From Lama guanicoe (taxonomy: Eukaryota): 63,853 bases of DNA. Shown piece by piece: positions 24,216-36,439 of this stretch. The notes beneath the pieces are model-generated. The model saw only the letters and a list, made by a program, of their open reading frames with translations, was not told the origin of the DNA and ran no database searches. A program made the position numbers and the translations under genes. The stretch lies in assembly GCA_013239625.1 (NCBI GenBank), contig MU053758.1, positions 2,852,001 through 2,915,853 of the forward strand. Direction: 5' to 3'. Numbering within the stretch: position 1 is the stretch's first letter; each line of letters begins with the position of its first letter.

Positions 24216-24432
24216 TGGTGTGCTGTTAGTGGTTTTATGCAGAGGACATCCAGGTAGTTTTCATCTCTATTAATAAATCATATTGTGATAACAGTATGAG
24301 ATATTAGACTTTTGTTTCTCTAAGAATTTACATTTGAAAGATTACTTTTATTTACAAATTTACAAAATTTACAAAAATACTTTTAGTATTTAATTTATAA
24401 ATAATTTATTATTTAATTTATAGAAATGCCTT

Positions 24433-24556
24433 GTCTTTCCCCCCACTGGGGGAAGTAATTAGGTTTGTTTATTTTTTGAGGCGGTACTGGGGTTTGAACC
24501 CAGGACCTTGTGCATGCTAAGCATGTGCTCTACCACTTGAGCTATACCCTCCCCCT
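24433..24556 (-). mobile_element. tRNA-derived SINE (Vic-1-like)
   Basis: Body GGTTTGAACCCAGGACCTTGTGCATGCTAAGC...GCTATACCCTCCCC. TSD TAGAAATGCCTT at 24421-24432 and 24557-24568. Confidence 0.9.
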
Positions 24557-25644
24557 TAGAAATGCCTTTATTTACAAATTGTTTATGTTTGAAAATTACT
24601 TTTGCCTTCCTGGGGTGCTCAGGGACCCAGAAATCCCTCATAAGTGATCCATAGAGTTTGTTTCCTGAATTTTTCCTGCAGAGTAAAACAATATTTTTAA
24701 GGGAATTTTTTTTGTTTTTCAAAGAATAGGATACCATCATGCTTTCCTCAAAATTGGCTTTGTCTTGGATTATAAAAGTCCGTCTTCCCATCCCAAGGCT
24801 TCTTTTGCACACTGCTTGTTTCTTAGGGTCCCAACTCTGCCACTTGAAATAATCTTAAAACTGGATGTTACAGAGAGCCCAGAAACTTCTTAGAGATAGC
24901 AGAGCCTGGTTGGGATGATTGACTGTAAGGGAGGGCACTGGAGGAGCCAAGCTGGTGGTTCTTGGTTTGGCTCCATTTTGCCTGTCCAGGTTGGCTCTAA
25001 TCACTGCCACCTGCTCAGTATCTCACTGCTGTCCTTTGAGCTTGGTTAATCCTGTCTACCTTACTCCTCCTGGCCCCACCCTAGCAGGAGAGGGAGACTC
25101 CCAGGACCCTGAGAAATCTGAGGGAAATATTTTGAAGATAACCTGAAAAAGCTTCCATTTGGGTAGATTTGAAATGAAAACAGAGTTCAGAAATCTGGAG
25201 ATTTCTCTTTAAGTATTGCGTTTAATGGCCCCTGTCCATACTTAAACAGACCTTGAAGAGTGAGGAAGAGTTGACATTCTGAGCGTGTTTTATGGGAAGC
25301 TAAAACTAACATTTACGGTGCCTACGGTGCCAAACTCCTTGTCTGTACACATCATCGCATTACTGTTTCATCCTTAACTAATGATCACTCTACAGAAATT
25401 GACAGTAATTCAGAAGAAATATTAATATATCCCCTTATTACTAAGACAGTGTTGTCTGTTAAACTAAGCAGTCTCTCCATGTACTGTTTAGGGAACAGCT
25501 GCTTATTGGATGTGGCCTAGGTACCAAAAGACACACTTCCATCTCACTGGGTTACACATGTGTTGGGGAGATACTTAATACTTGCGGTAGTTATGAAAAG
25601 CAGTAGGTAGCAGCTTTCTTACTGTGAGAGAGCAGCAGAAGTGT

Positions 25645-25830
25645 GCTGGGTCTGTTAGGTCCATGACCTTAGACAAATAACTTGAGTCCCAGTTTTCTCA
25701 TTTGTGAAATGGGGATAATACCACATAATTTTGCACGGATGGCTAGAAGAATTTTTAAAGATTTAATGCATATAAATACCCAGAACAGTGCCTGGAACAT
25801 GATGGATACCAAATACTTGGTAGCTGTTGT
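25645..25830 (+). mobile_element. MIR
   Basis: ATGACCTTAGACAAATAACTT...CAGTTTTCTCATTTGTGAAATGGGGATAATA...CAGTGCCTGGAACAT. Confidence 0.7.
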
Positions 25831-26199
25831 TGTGGTTAGTTAGTGAAAAGCATAGAAATAATGTAACTTGAACACATTAGAACCTGTCCCAGCGATGTTC
25901 AGTATGCTTTTGACGTTACCTTATGCTTAGCGGCAAATTTTTGTCTTTTAAGGGTGAATTTGATTTTGGAAAATGGCCAAAAATCAGAGTCATTGTAGGT
26001 ACAGATATTTTTGTTGGTGGTGCGACCTGAGAAATGGGATGTGACCATCTGGTAATATTTATTACAGGCTTTGGAGACAGTTCCAAAAGAAGTGTTCCCA
26101 ATTTTTTTGAACAATGAGCCTATCATTGGAAATATGTGATCTTTGCAGATGAACCTACTATATATGTAGTTTGAAAATCGCTCATTTCAGTCTGTCCTA

Positions 26200-27090
26200 C
26201 TAAGTGCTAGGAGGAGTGTCATAGCCCATAAATGCTGCAGGAGGGCAGAGGAAGAGGGAACCAGACCAGAGTGGGTTGCTTTGGGAAAGCCTTGAGAAGC
26301 TGGGACTTGAGTTGAACCTCAAGGGAAAGGTAGGATTTGGAGTCAGAGAAGAGGGATGGCATTTCTGAGTATTTCGGGGGCGTCACAAGAGCAAAGCAGA
26401 TGTAATTCGGTTTATTCAGCTAATGTTGATGGAGTACCTACCATGTGCCGTACCTCTGGCTGAGCTTGGGAACTCAGATGAATAGACACTGCTCTGACTT
26501 TTGAGGAATACTGGGGAGAAGCGTGTGTGATAATTATAATACACACAGTAGAGTGGTAGAGAGATACAAGGCGACAGTGGCAGGGCAGAAGAGTGTACCT
26601 AATCCAACATACAGGGAAGGAGTCAAGGAAGGGAGAAAGGAGGTGAGATCAGGCTGACTGACGTGGTAGGTTACTGTGTAAGAAAGGAAAATGATTGGGT
26701 GAGATCCAGTCAAGGTGGAAGCTAAGGATTTGAAACTTCACAATGTAGGAAACACAAAGCCCTTGAAAAAGTACGAGCAAGTATTTTGGGGGAGATTAGA
26801 GAGTTGATGGTAAGCAGAACGAATTGGAAGGGTAAGAGCAGAAGCAAGGAGAACATTTGAGAGGCGTTTTGCAGCAGAATAGGCTAAATGTGAGAAAGCC
26901 CTGACTGAGAAGAATGGAGGAAGGCATGGAAAAGCAGAGGAAAAAAATCATCAAGAACAAGTAGAACTCTTGACTGACATGTCATGGGAAATGACAAGGA
27001 GTCATGTTTATAATGAACTTTGGCATCTGGGAGAATGGTCATGTTGTTAAACAGGAATGAGGAGAGGGTGAATATGATATTTAACATGCT
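26200..27090 (-). mobile_element. L2 fragments
   Basis: TTTATTCAGCTAATGTTGATGGAGTACCTACCATGTGCC and purine-rich L2 body motifs. Confidence 0.5.
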
Positions 27091-27219
27091 GCTCGGAGAC
27101 TCACAGAGCCTGGTCCTTTGGGAAAGCACCGAGGCCCTCTCTTAGCCCATGTCTCTCAACCCTCCCTGCCCCTCACCATCTCTACATCCAGACCTAACTG
27201 CTTTGGGTTTTCATTGCAG

Positions 27220-27429
27220 CTCCTCCACCCCCGCCACCCATGATCCGAAATGGTGCCAGGGATGCTCCCCCTCCCCCTCCCCCATACCGAATGCATGGGT
27301 CAGACCCCCCGAGCCGAGGAAAGCCCCCACCTCCGCCCTCAAGGACGCCAGCTGGGCCACCCCCTCCTCCTCCACCTCCCCTGAGGAATGGCCACAGAGA
27401 TTCCATTACCACTGTCCGATCTTTCTTGG
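27220..27429 (+). CDS. WIPF2: WIPF2 coding exon 5
   Basis: Acceptor TTGCAG|, donor G|GTAAGT, 210 nt. Encodes APPPPPPMIRNGARDAPPPPPPYRMHG...RNGHRDSITTVRSFL. Confidence 0.95.
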
Positions 27430-28096
27430 GTAAGTACCTAGCTGTTTCAGTCTCATAGTTCCCGTGGTGACCTCACTAATTTCAGTGGCCCCTGTAGAGT
27501 GGGAGTGGAGGCTGGGTGTCCTCTGTGTACTGCAGTTCCTCTCCTGACTGTCCCTCAGACTTCTGGGTCCCATCATTGACATCCCTTTCCTTAGGCGGAG
27601 TCTAGACCTGGTTCCTTTGGGATAGTTTGAAGTAAAAGCAACAGTGATTGTGCTAACTCTAAAGCCATTCTCTTACTCCCCAAGCCTTACTATTGTGGTG
27701 AGCTTTTAGGTCAGAGAGTGATCCTCTTCAGGATTATTGAGACAGGAATTGCATATCGTCCCAGGAAAAAGAGCTCCTTTCTGACCCTTTAAAAACAAAA
27801 CACTCTGTATACAATATTATCTAATAATCCAAAGCCACTGACGAGCTGCGTTACTTTGAAGAAGTCACTTCATTTTTCTGAACCTCACTTCCCTTATCTG
27901 TGGTGCAAGGAGATTGACTAGATCAGGAGTGGGTCAGGTTAACTTTTCCAAGGTTATAAATGAATCTTAGGCCCCACCTAAGAGAGACTAATTCATTAGG
28001 TCTGGGATGGAGCGCTAAGTAAAGGTTGTCCAGAGGGTGTTGTCAGACCCTTTGTTGACGTCTAGAAAGATCTGTGTACGGCCCTGTAGATTCTTT

Positions 28097-28223
28097 TGTT
28101 TGTTTTATGAGTGGAAGATAGTTAGGTTCATTTATTTATTCTATTTGGAGAACGCACTGGGAATTGAACCCAGGGCCTCATGCATGCTTAAGCACACACT
28201 CTACCACTTGAGCTATACCCTCC
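28097..28223 (-). mobile_element. tRNA-derived SINE (Vic-1-like)
   Basis: Same body as the other copies. 15-bp TSD CCCTGTAGATTCTTT at 28082-28096 and 28224-28238. Confidence 0.9.
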
Positions 28224-28888
28224 CCCTGTAGATTCTTTAATGGTTGACTCTTCTCTGCTCCTGCCCTCATCTGTTTCTGTTAGGTGGACCAGTATTTTTT
28301 CTTTGAAAATATGCCCTTTGGAATGTGGTCAAGCCACACGCATAGAGGGACCATGGAGAGTGGGCGTGGGGGCCACGACCTGGCTTTCCCAACCATGTGG
28401 CAGAGCTAAATGAGGGTAGCCTGGGCCAGAAGGGAATTATCTGGTCAGATCTCTCACTAGCTGGTGACAGATATTCCCGTGTTAGCTTAATTTCTGCCAG
28501 TTTGTGGATTCAGTTCAGTTGGTTTCCTTTGGTGATTGTCTGTAGGATGACTGTGTTACTGAAACACAGAACTTTATTTCCTCCTCCTCCCATGCAAACA
28601 GCTGGGCTCCTTCCCTGGTATGTGCCTGGTTTTTGGTGAAAAGATGTAAAGAACTAGTACAAAGACTCACTTCTTAACGTAAAGAGCCTTTGAACACATC
28701 CTCTGTGCTTGCGAGATGCTGAGAGTAATTCCCTTCCTGTGCTCATGAACCTTGCTTTCGTGGGCAAGGCCAGCCCTCTTGGTACATCAGAAAGCACGGG
28801 GGACTAGTCCAGGGAGGGTCAGACCTGGCGCAGAGGCGTGGGAGCACGAGGAAGGGTGACAGGAATTAACACTCTGTTCCTTCTGCAG

Positions 28889-28990
28889 ATGATTTCGAGT
28901 CAAAGTATTCTTTCCATCCAGTAGAAGACTTTCCTGCTCCAGAAGAGTATAAACACTTTCAGAGAATTTATCCCAGCAAAACAAACCGAG
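28889..28990 (+). CDS. WIPF2: WIPF2 coding exon 6 (WASP/N-WASP-binding domain)
   Basis: Acceptor CTGCAG|, donor G|GTGAGA, 102 nt. Encodes DDFESKYSFHPVEDFPAPEEYKHFQRIYPSKTNR, the WIP-family WASP-binding motif. Confidence 0.96.
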
Positions 28991-29238
28991 GTGAGAAAGA
29001 AGAGTCATGAAAGTTCTTCCATGATTGCTGAGGATGTAGAATTGGTGTACTTTTCTTAGGTTAAAATTAGCTTCCTCATCTGCATTTTCTTAAAAAAACA
29101 ACAAAACCTCATCCCCAGATTGTAAAGATTAGCTTAAAGAGTCTGTCTCAAGCCTGTCTCTCCTTTTAGGAATGTTTAAGGTATTCAGGGTCTGGTGGGT
29201 GACCTTGTGTATGTGGTTTTTATTTTTTATTTTTTCAG

Positions 29239-29279
29239 CTGCCCGTGGAGCCCCACCTCTGCCACCCATTCTCAGGTGA
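29239..29279 (+). CDS. WIPF2: WIPF2 last coding exon
   Basis: Acceptor TTTCAG|. Encodes AARGAPPLPPILR followed by TGA at 29277-29279. All exons sum to 1320 nt, or 439 aa plus stop. Confidence 0.95.
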
Positions 29280-32200
29280 AGCCTGGCTTGGTCCTGTTCC
29301 TCAGGAAAAGGATGGACCCTCTCTTCTTCTCAGATGGTCCCTTCCATTCCCTGGAAACCTGCATGACAGCTCCTAACGTGTTTCTCCAGTGCAACCGACC
29401 TCTAGACTCCAGGCGTCCTCCCAGCTCACCTCCATCTATGCATCTCATCTCTGGACTTGGTGACTGGACTCTTCACATTGACAGTAGGGTCCCAGACCCT
29501 GCATCCATCCCTCCTCTATGAGCCCCGCTAGCCATATGAGGAAGAAGCTTCCGTGTGTCCTGCTTTCCTCCTGGGGAAAGGTGCCTTGTTGTGATGCATT
29601 AACTCATTGTTGGGGCAGGGTGGAGAAGGGGACCCCTACCTTCTCCTGCCACTGTTGGGGGAGCTTGGCGGGTTTATTATATTTCATTAGTTTATGAGGC
29701 TGGCATGAGCAGGACTTCGAGGGGAGGGGATGGGCATTTTGAGTGAAACAGGAAAGGAGTTTGCAGAGAAGTGATCTGTTTTAAAGGTCACGTTTGGAGA
29801 ATGGGCAAGGAAATGGGTCTGCTTTGATTCGTAGCGGTTATTTTGGTTTTGCTCTCACCCCACCCCACACCCCTACCCAGAAGTAAGTTGAAGATAACAC
29901 TAAATACTAATCACTTGAACTAAACATGTAATAAAAAGGGTGAAATAAACTAAGGATCCATTTAGAGCCAGTCAGTTCCTCCGCAGCACAGGGACCCTCT
30001 GGGGCTCCCTGCTCCTCTTCCTCAGGTGCTGAGGCTGAGGGACCTCAGCCTCTCACCACCTGTCCCCTAAGGGAACAGTCCCTTTCATTCATTCGTTACT
30101 GATTCACAAGCCCCAGAAACCTCTAGTGAGAGATAGGAAGATAGGACCTTGGCCTTAACCTTGACCATGAGGCTGCCTCAGTCTTTTCTGCCTGGCCTGG
30201 AAGGCCACTGACCTTTCAATCCTGTTCAGAAACTTCAGCCTGCGATGAATGCTCCAGGATGACACAGAAGGGAAGGGTGAAGCAGCTCGGGAAAGAGACC
30301 AGCTCTGCAGGCTAGGAAAGACTTGAATGGCCCACTCATTCTGAAGGTCACAGCCCATCTGACTGAGCAGGCTCTCCCTGTTCCTTTCTCCAGCACTCAA
30401 CCCCCAAGACTGCAGGGGTTCACACAGCAGAGTAGAGAAGGGTGAGGAAGCTTATGGGGTAGTCAAAGACCCCTCTGTGCCAAGAAGCACAAAAATTTTG
30501 GTGAGGTGTATGTCAGTCCAGCCGATCTTCCCAGGCAGCCAGCAATATGTCGTTTCGTCTTCCAGGTTCTCGTTAAAGAGCACAGAGGAAAGGGAGGTTC
30601 CCAACCTACGTAGGAACTGAGCTTGGATCGTGGTGCAGGGACTTGCCCTTCTCCTGCAGCACGGTGGAGCGCCTGGGCTCCACGCACCAGATGGTTTGGT
30701 TTACTCAGAGTTTGGAGTGAGAGCAGAGAAGCCATGGCTGTTCCTTGGAATGGAAAGTCAGTGGAATGTTTCACCAGATACATCCAAGGCTTAAACTGCC
30801 TTAGGGGCCTTTCCAATCTGTTGGGTCGCAGACTAAGGGTCTGTATATGGTGCCCAGTGAAACCCAGGTCTTCCCAAGGCTAGATAAGAGAGCTCACAGC
30901 TTGGGTTATTTCTGTGGGGTCTGCAATCCTTGGCTGTCCCCTGGACTTCAGGGCAAACCATGATTAGGTCTGTCACTAGACTTTTTCTAATCAGTCTTTA
31001 TTTATCATTCTTATTTTCAAATCTGTTAGCAGTTACCTCCCAGCCTGTAGAGCTGAGAGAGGGGACGCTAGTGGAGGGAAAAGGAGAGAGTACAAGACCT
31101 GCTACTGCAGCAGACTTCCAGGGTAGATGCTGACCGGTTACTGAACTTGGACTGTGAAGTCTTCCCATTTATTTTTGAAATGGGGATTGATGCCTTTTGT
31201 ACAACGTTATCAAAGTGTATCTTTTCTCCCCCCTCTTTACTCAAACATGGATCATCAAAACAAGCATCACGTGTAAAAGCCAAATCCCAGCTTTTCATTG
31301 GGGCTGGTATCTTCCTCCCTTGTGACCTGCTGCCCACCATAGTCCCCAGCATCGGGACCGTGTCACATGGGTCTTGATTGTATCTTCATTTTCTTGGCCT
31401 CATGAAAAACGGCCTGGGACTAGATCTAGTCTGGTGGATGTTCTTCAGAGCATGCTGATGACCCCAGTACCTATTTCAGTGTCTTTGCCTTATACATTAT
31501 TTGGTCCCTCTGTTAATAACAGATTTATTATCATGTGTATTTACTATTGAAGAATGGGACTGTGACCCTCGTAGTTACTGATCTATTTTGTATGCTGTAA
31601 AAAGCTTGTAATACAGGTTTAAGGTGGGCTGGCTGCAAGAGCACTAAAACTTCTCACCTTTTAAACTGCTCTTTTTATCTGCTTGTGGGAATGCCGTCTC
31701 TTCAGTGGAAGATTGGGTGGTCTCATGTTGAGGCTGTTGCCCAGTCCCGTTAACCCCCTTGTCCCCTCCCAGCAGGAAGAGACCTTGCCCAACCAAGCAT
31801 CAGGAAGCTGTGTTAAAAGCCCCTGCGTGGGTTTGGTTTTATGATGTTTTTCTCTCGGGGGGAAAAACTTAATAATTGTTTCTTACTGCCCTTTCTGGGA
31901 AACAGGGCAGTGGCCTCCAGGTTTTTAAATGAGCTAGGTGCCCCTGTTCCCCCTTTTCTCTGGTCACCAAACCTGGATCATAGCACTTTGATACGCCAGG
32001 TGTGGTTTTCTCTCACGTGGGGATTCCCTCCAGTGGCAGAGCCGGGGCCCGCAGACTGAGAGCACGTAGGGTGCTGTCCCACCTGACGGACGTGAGGCGC
32101 CCATCTCCAGAAATTCACCCCAGCCCTGGCCACAGGCAGAGGCAAGAAGGCTAGCCGCTGGCCACTGCCCTGGGGGCATCCCCTCACCCCGTAGCTTCCC

Positions 32201-33250
32201 AACTTGAAACCCAGATTTACCTCCAGGGAGAGGTGAGATAAAATTGTAAATAGACTTGCTACAAAGCAACTCAGGGTTGGGGTGTGTTTTAATTCTCCTG
32301 ATCACTTGAAATAATCTGTAGGCTGAGTGCTTATGGGAGTGGGGGAGAAGTGTGACTCCAGGGTCCTTCCCTTCTGCAAAGCTCTGGGGGTGGAGTGTAG
32401 GGCATCTGAGGCCCTTTGATAGCACTACACCGAGCTGTCTGTTCTGGAAACCCAACCTACGATCAAAACTGCAGATCAGATTCTTCACATTCCAGTTGTG
32501 GTCTTTCCTTCCCTATTGAATCTCAATCCCTGGCTATCTGTGGTCAAGGTGGCTTTCTTTAGGCCACTCTGATCTAGGGAATGGGAGGCGTTACAACTCT
32601 GCCTTCAAGATTCATCTCTTAAAAACAAAATGAAACAAAACTCCAACCACCTTCAAAACACATACAAAAAAAAAAAAAGGATAACTGTTTAACCGAAGGA
32701 AGGGTTTGGTTCCATTCAACTCCACGTTCATTGTGCCTTTACTTGTGTTAGATTTCTGTGCTTTCTTCCTCTCTCCCTCTTTGAAGCAATTAAAATCTTC
32801 CTTGATAACTGCTGTTTCCTTCTTTCTACTCGTTTCTAACAACTTAGTGGGTTCCCTCTCGGATTGTCTTAAATTTCATCCCACTGGTGGCAGAGGGGGC
32901 CGTGGCTTGTTGTCTCGTGTCCTTTCCCAGGGCGACCAGCATGGGAACCATAGTCAACACTGAATAAAAGACTAGAGTGACACGTGCGAAGAGTGTGTGT
33001 GTGTGTACGTGTGTATGTGTGCGTGCGTTCCTCTTTGTCCGCATGTGGATCAGTTTCTTTTAAAAAATAATTTATTGTACGATTTCTTTTGGAGTTGTTT
33101 CTGATTACAGTGCTCCATCTCCTGATTAGCATTGATTTTTTTTTCTTCCCCCTTCTACAATGTATAATCTGGTCTCAGGTTGGATTCTTTGGTACATTTC
33201 TTTCTCCTGGATGCCGTGCAGTTTAATTAAACCTTGCTTAAAAACAAAAA
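29280..33250 (+). other. WIPF2: WIPF2 long 3'UTR (end approximate)
   Basis: Repeat-poor stretch after the stop codon. Poly(A) hexamers: AATAAA at 29930, 29944 and 32963, and ATTAAA at 33226. Confidence 0.6.
33226..33231 (+). terminator. Candidate distal polyadenylation signal of WIPF2 (ATTAAA)
   Basis: ATTAAA with upstream TGTA motifs and U-rich sequence, and a downstream TGTGT/CTCTGT GU-rich stretch. Confidence 0.45.
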
Positions 33251-34664
33251 CAAAAAACCTGAAAAACTGTGTACTCTGTCTGGAATACCGCCGAGAGTGG
33301 TGGCGCAGAGGGGAATGGGTCTGTCACCTCAGGTTAGGGTAGTGGTTTGGACTCCAGATCCTCCGAGAAACTAGATAAACTAAGGGCAGAAGCCTCTGCG
33401 GCTTCTTGAGAGTTTTCTCTCCTCTCCTGCTGTGTTTTGAAAATCACAGTCTAGTTAGCTGTGCTGACTGGGTGATTCTGAGAGAGTTGGTCCTTACTTA
33501 TGTCTGCCACCTAACTCCCCTCTGCCCAGGGTTTCCAGGAACCCAGGAGACCCTGTGACCTGTCTTTATATCCCTAATGGTTCTTTGCACCAGTGTGCAC
33601 GGTAGCTTCTCACACCGAGGTGTGAAGAAGGTGAGGGCAGAGCATACAGACTGTGTCTATTTTTATGTGGGTGGTGGCTTTTTTTTCCTTCACTGCTTTT
33701 TAAGTTGAAACCTTAGCTGGCTTTCTTGAACTTTGACTTGAGGTGTAAAAATTGAACCAGACAGTCTGTGCTTACAGAGGTCAGCTGACATAAACACCAC
33801 TAAGACTTAATGAGCTTAACTTGCACTTTCATCACTAGCAAAGGTCTTGAAATTATTTCCCATACTGATTCATATTGGGTGTATGTCTGAGTCACTCTCA
33901 CATAATTTAGATATAAAAACCTAGGGGGGGTGGAAAGGCTGCCTTTCATTTTCATCCATACTTGCCAGATTGGCTGAATTCCTGATTATTTGACCCATCA
34001 TTGTTATTAATATGATTAATAAACTACCTATTTATTGATTTAATTGTTCCTCCTGTGAATTTGAATAGCCCTCAAATGGCACTTGCCTAAATGACCCTCA
34101 ACTGCCTAACCCAATAAGCTTTTTCTGTCCTATTGGGACAGTAGTGCTAGTCTGTATGTGTGGGCATGCACCCACCAGTGCACACAGGCGTTGACACAGA
34201 CACACAAAAGGATGCTGGACAGGTCCTTCGTGTGTGATTTGATTCCTTCCCCCATGCTACTGTGTATAAATTAGCAAGTGATAAGGACACTAGGTTAACC
34301 ACTTCAATTATGAATGAGACATAGCTGCTTATGGTGAATGTGCCTCTTGAGTATTTCCTGGCCTAAACCAGCCACAAACTGCAACTCACTGCAAGGAAGC
34401 TGCCTGTCTCAGACTTCCTGTTATTCTGCAGACAGAGGTAAGAGAACTAAGATGTCAACCTCAGGATCCTAACCACCCCAGAGGATAACTGTGGGGAAAT
34501 GCCTCATCTTTGGGATCACCAGAGCCCAGGCTGGATCGGTTTCATACATAATTGAGTTCATCCTCTACTCCTAGGTTGAGGGGTGTGACATTTAAAGGAC
34601 TGTATGCTATCTGACCACAAAAGTTCATGCAAAAGATGGATATCCACTTGGCAGGAATGTCCTT

Positions 34665-34870
34665 TCCATTCACTCAGCCAAGCATTTATTGCATACTCTG
34701 CCAGGCACTGACAATATGAAGATGAAAAGGACATGGTCTTTGCTTCCAAGGAGCTGAGAGTCTAGCAGAAGACTTCAGGACAGCCACTGGGAAAAACCTA
34801 TGCGGCTTATTAAAAGGCTTTATGGTAACCAGCCAGGGAAGCCAGGTGAGCGGCATTCCAGATGTAGGAA
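34665..34870 (-). mobile_element. L2 3' fragment
   Basis: CATTCACTCAGCCAAGCATTTATTGCATACTCTGCCAGGCACTG. Confidence 0.55.
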
Positions 34871-35480
34871 ACAGCACAGACAAAGGCACAGAAGTGAGAA
34901 ACAGAACGATGGTATGCTCGTCATGTTGCTGGAGTACTGGAAAGAGAAAAAGCTTCAAGCAAGTAACCTTAAAAAGAGGCCTTTCAACTTGGACATTCTG
35001 TGATTCTCTGTCTGCTTCCACAACAGTCATTTACTTGTGTAGGATTTTCTTGGGCCAGTGCTGTATTTTCTGGCGAATGTTTTCACAGACTCCATCCAAT
35101 GTGCACATGAAGTACCCATAGCTTCCTCTGCTCCCTCGATCCCACTGTAACCGAGGTAGGTAGGTTGTTCACCATCATCCCTTAAAAAGGCTTCCTAGAC
35201 ACTTGTTACCATTTCTGGTTATTAAGGACAATTTTTAGGTGCCAGGTTATAAAAATAAATATGAACAGTGAAAGCCGCTTCCTAGGTTCTAGTGCCCTAT
35301 TTAAAAATCAGAAATACCATCTGGTAGGAAAGCTTCCATTCTGTGATAACACCGTCTCCATTCATGGCAGCCTATGTGCTTCACTCTTGTAGTTTTCAGC
35401 TCCTAGAAAGCCTTCCCAAAATGTGTTCCTTCACCACCTCCCTCTACTTTAGAACCTACATCTGTCTAATCCTCCCCCTA

Positions 35481-35720
35481 TGTTTAATGGTCAGGAGTTT
35501 GATTTCCTGTCCGACTTCCTGAGTTCGAATTCCAGTTCTTCCACTTACTAGTTGTGTGACCTTGGGCAGATTTATTCAGCCCTTCTATTTCAGTCTCCTC
35601 ATTTGTAAAATGGAAATAATTCCAACTTCACGGGGTGCCTGTGAGAATTAATAAGATGGTAACATACCCGAGCTCAGTCCCTGGCATACACATAAGTACT
35701 CAGTATTGACTCTTATTAAT
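35481..35720 (+). mobile_element. MIR (near full length)
   Basis: GAGTTCGAATTCCAGTTCTTCCACTTACTAGTTGTGTGACCTTGGGCAG...CTCATTTGTAAAATGG...CCTGGCATACA. Confidence 0.8.
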
Positions 35721-36439
35721 CTCCTAAATGAACTAACTACAATTAACTTGATTGTAATACTGTAGTTTTCCTATGCCCTGGCTCTATTGTTCTATATCAT
35801 TTGATATTGAAGGGTGCGCGATAAGTGTTGACCATCACCTACAATTGGGTTCTGGCTTTTAACAGAACCTGAAGCTTAGCTGGGTTATTAGCTCTGGAAG
35901 CTGGCCTGTAAATTACTGCTCTAATTTATATTTTTCATTAAAAGCTCAGCTTGCTATTTCTTTTATAGCGGTCTTCTCTGGCCCCGAAACCCTAGTGTTT
36001 AGCCATAAAAAAAAATTTTTTTAATTAGGGGCCATAATTCTCTCCACTCTCCACATTGCGTAGATTAATGGGATTAATGATGGGAAAGTGCAGAGATTTA
36101 ATGGGATTAACGATAGGAAGGTGCACAGAATACCATATTCTCTTTGACAAAACAAAAGCAAAGGCCTGGCCCTCTTTCATCTTTGAAACAAATCAGGGAG
36201 ATACTGCGATGAAACATAGTGTCTTTCTTTATGCAAGTGTACAACTTCACAAAAAAACACTGGTTGGGGAGTCAGGAAATTTGAGTCCTAAGCCACCAAG
36301 ATTTCCCTGACCTCTAACCCTCTGCACATTTGCTTTGGGCCTTTCAGGGGTGAGCATTAGAAAAGCAAAGCGTCTAACATCCTATCTGGCACCCGGAACC
36401 GCCCAAATAATGGTAGGTATTATGTAGTAGCTCTCTGAA

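Noticed and set aside
27194-27412. Gly-rich antisense ORF (also 20702-21322)
   Set aside because: It is the antisense shadow of proline-rich WIPF2 exons.
32881-32903. CTCF-like CCACTGGTGGCAG (and GTGCCAGAGGCGCTC near 43852)
   Set aside because: Each lacks one core position relative to the consensus spacing.
36062-36126. Direct repeats considered as CRISPR-like
   Set aside because: Only two adjacent units with no spacers and no cas genes, in a mammalian context.
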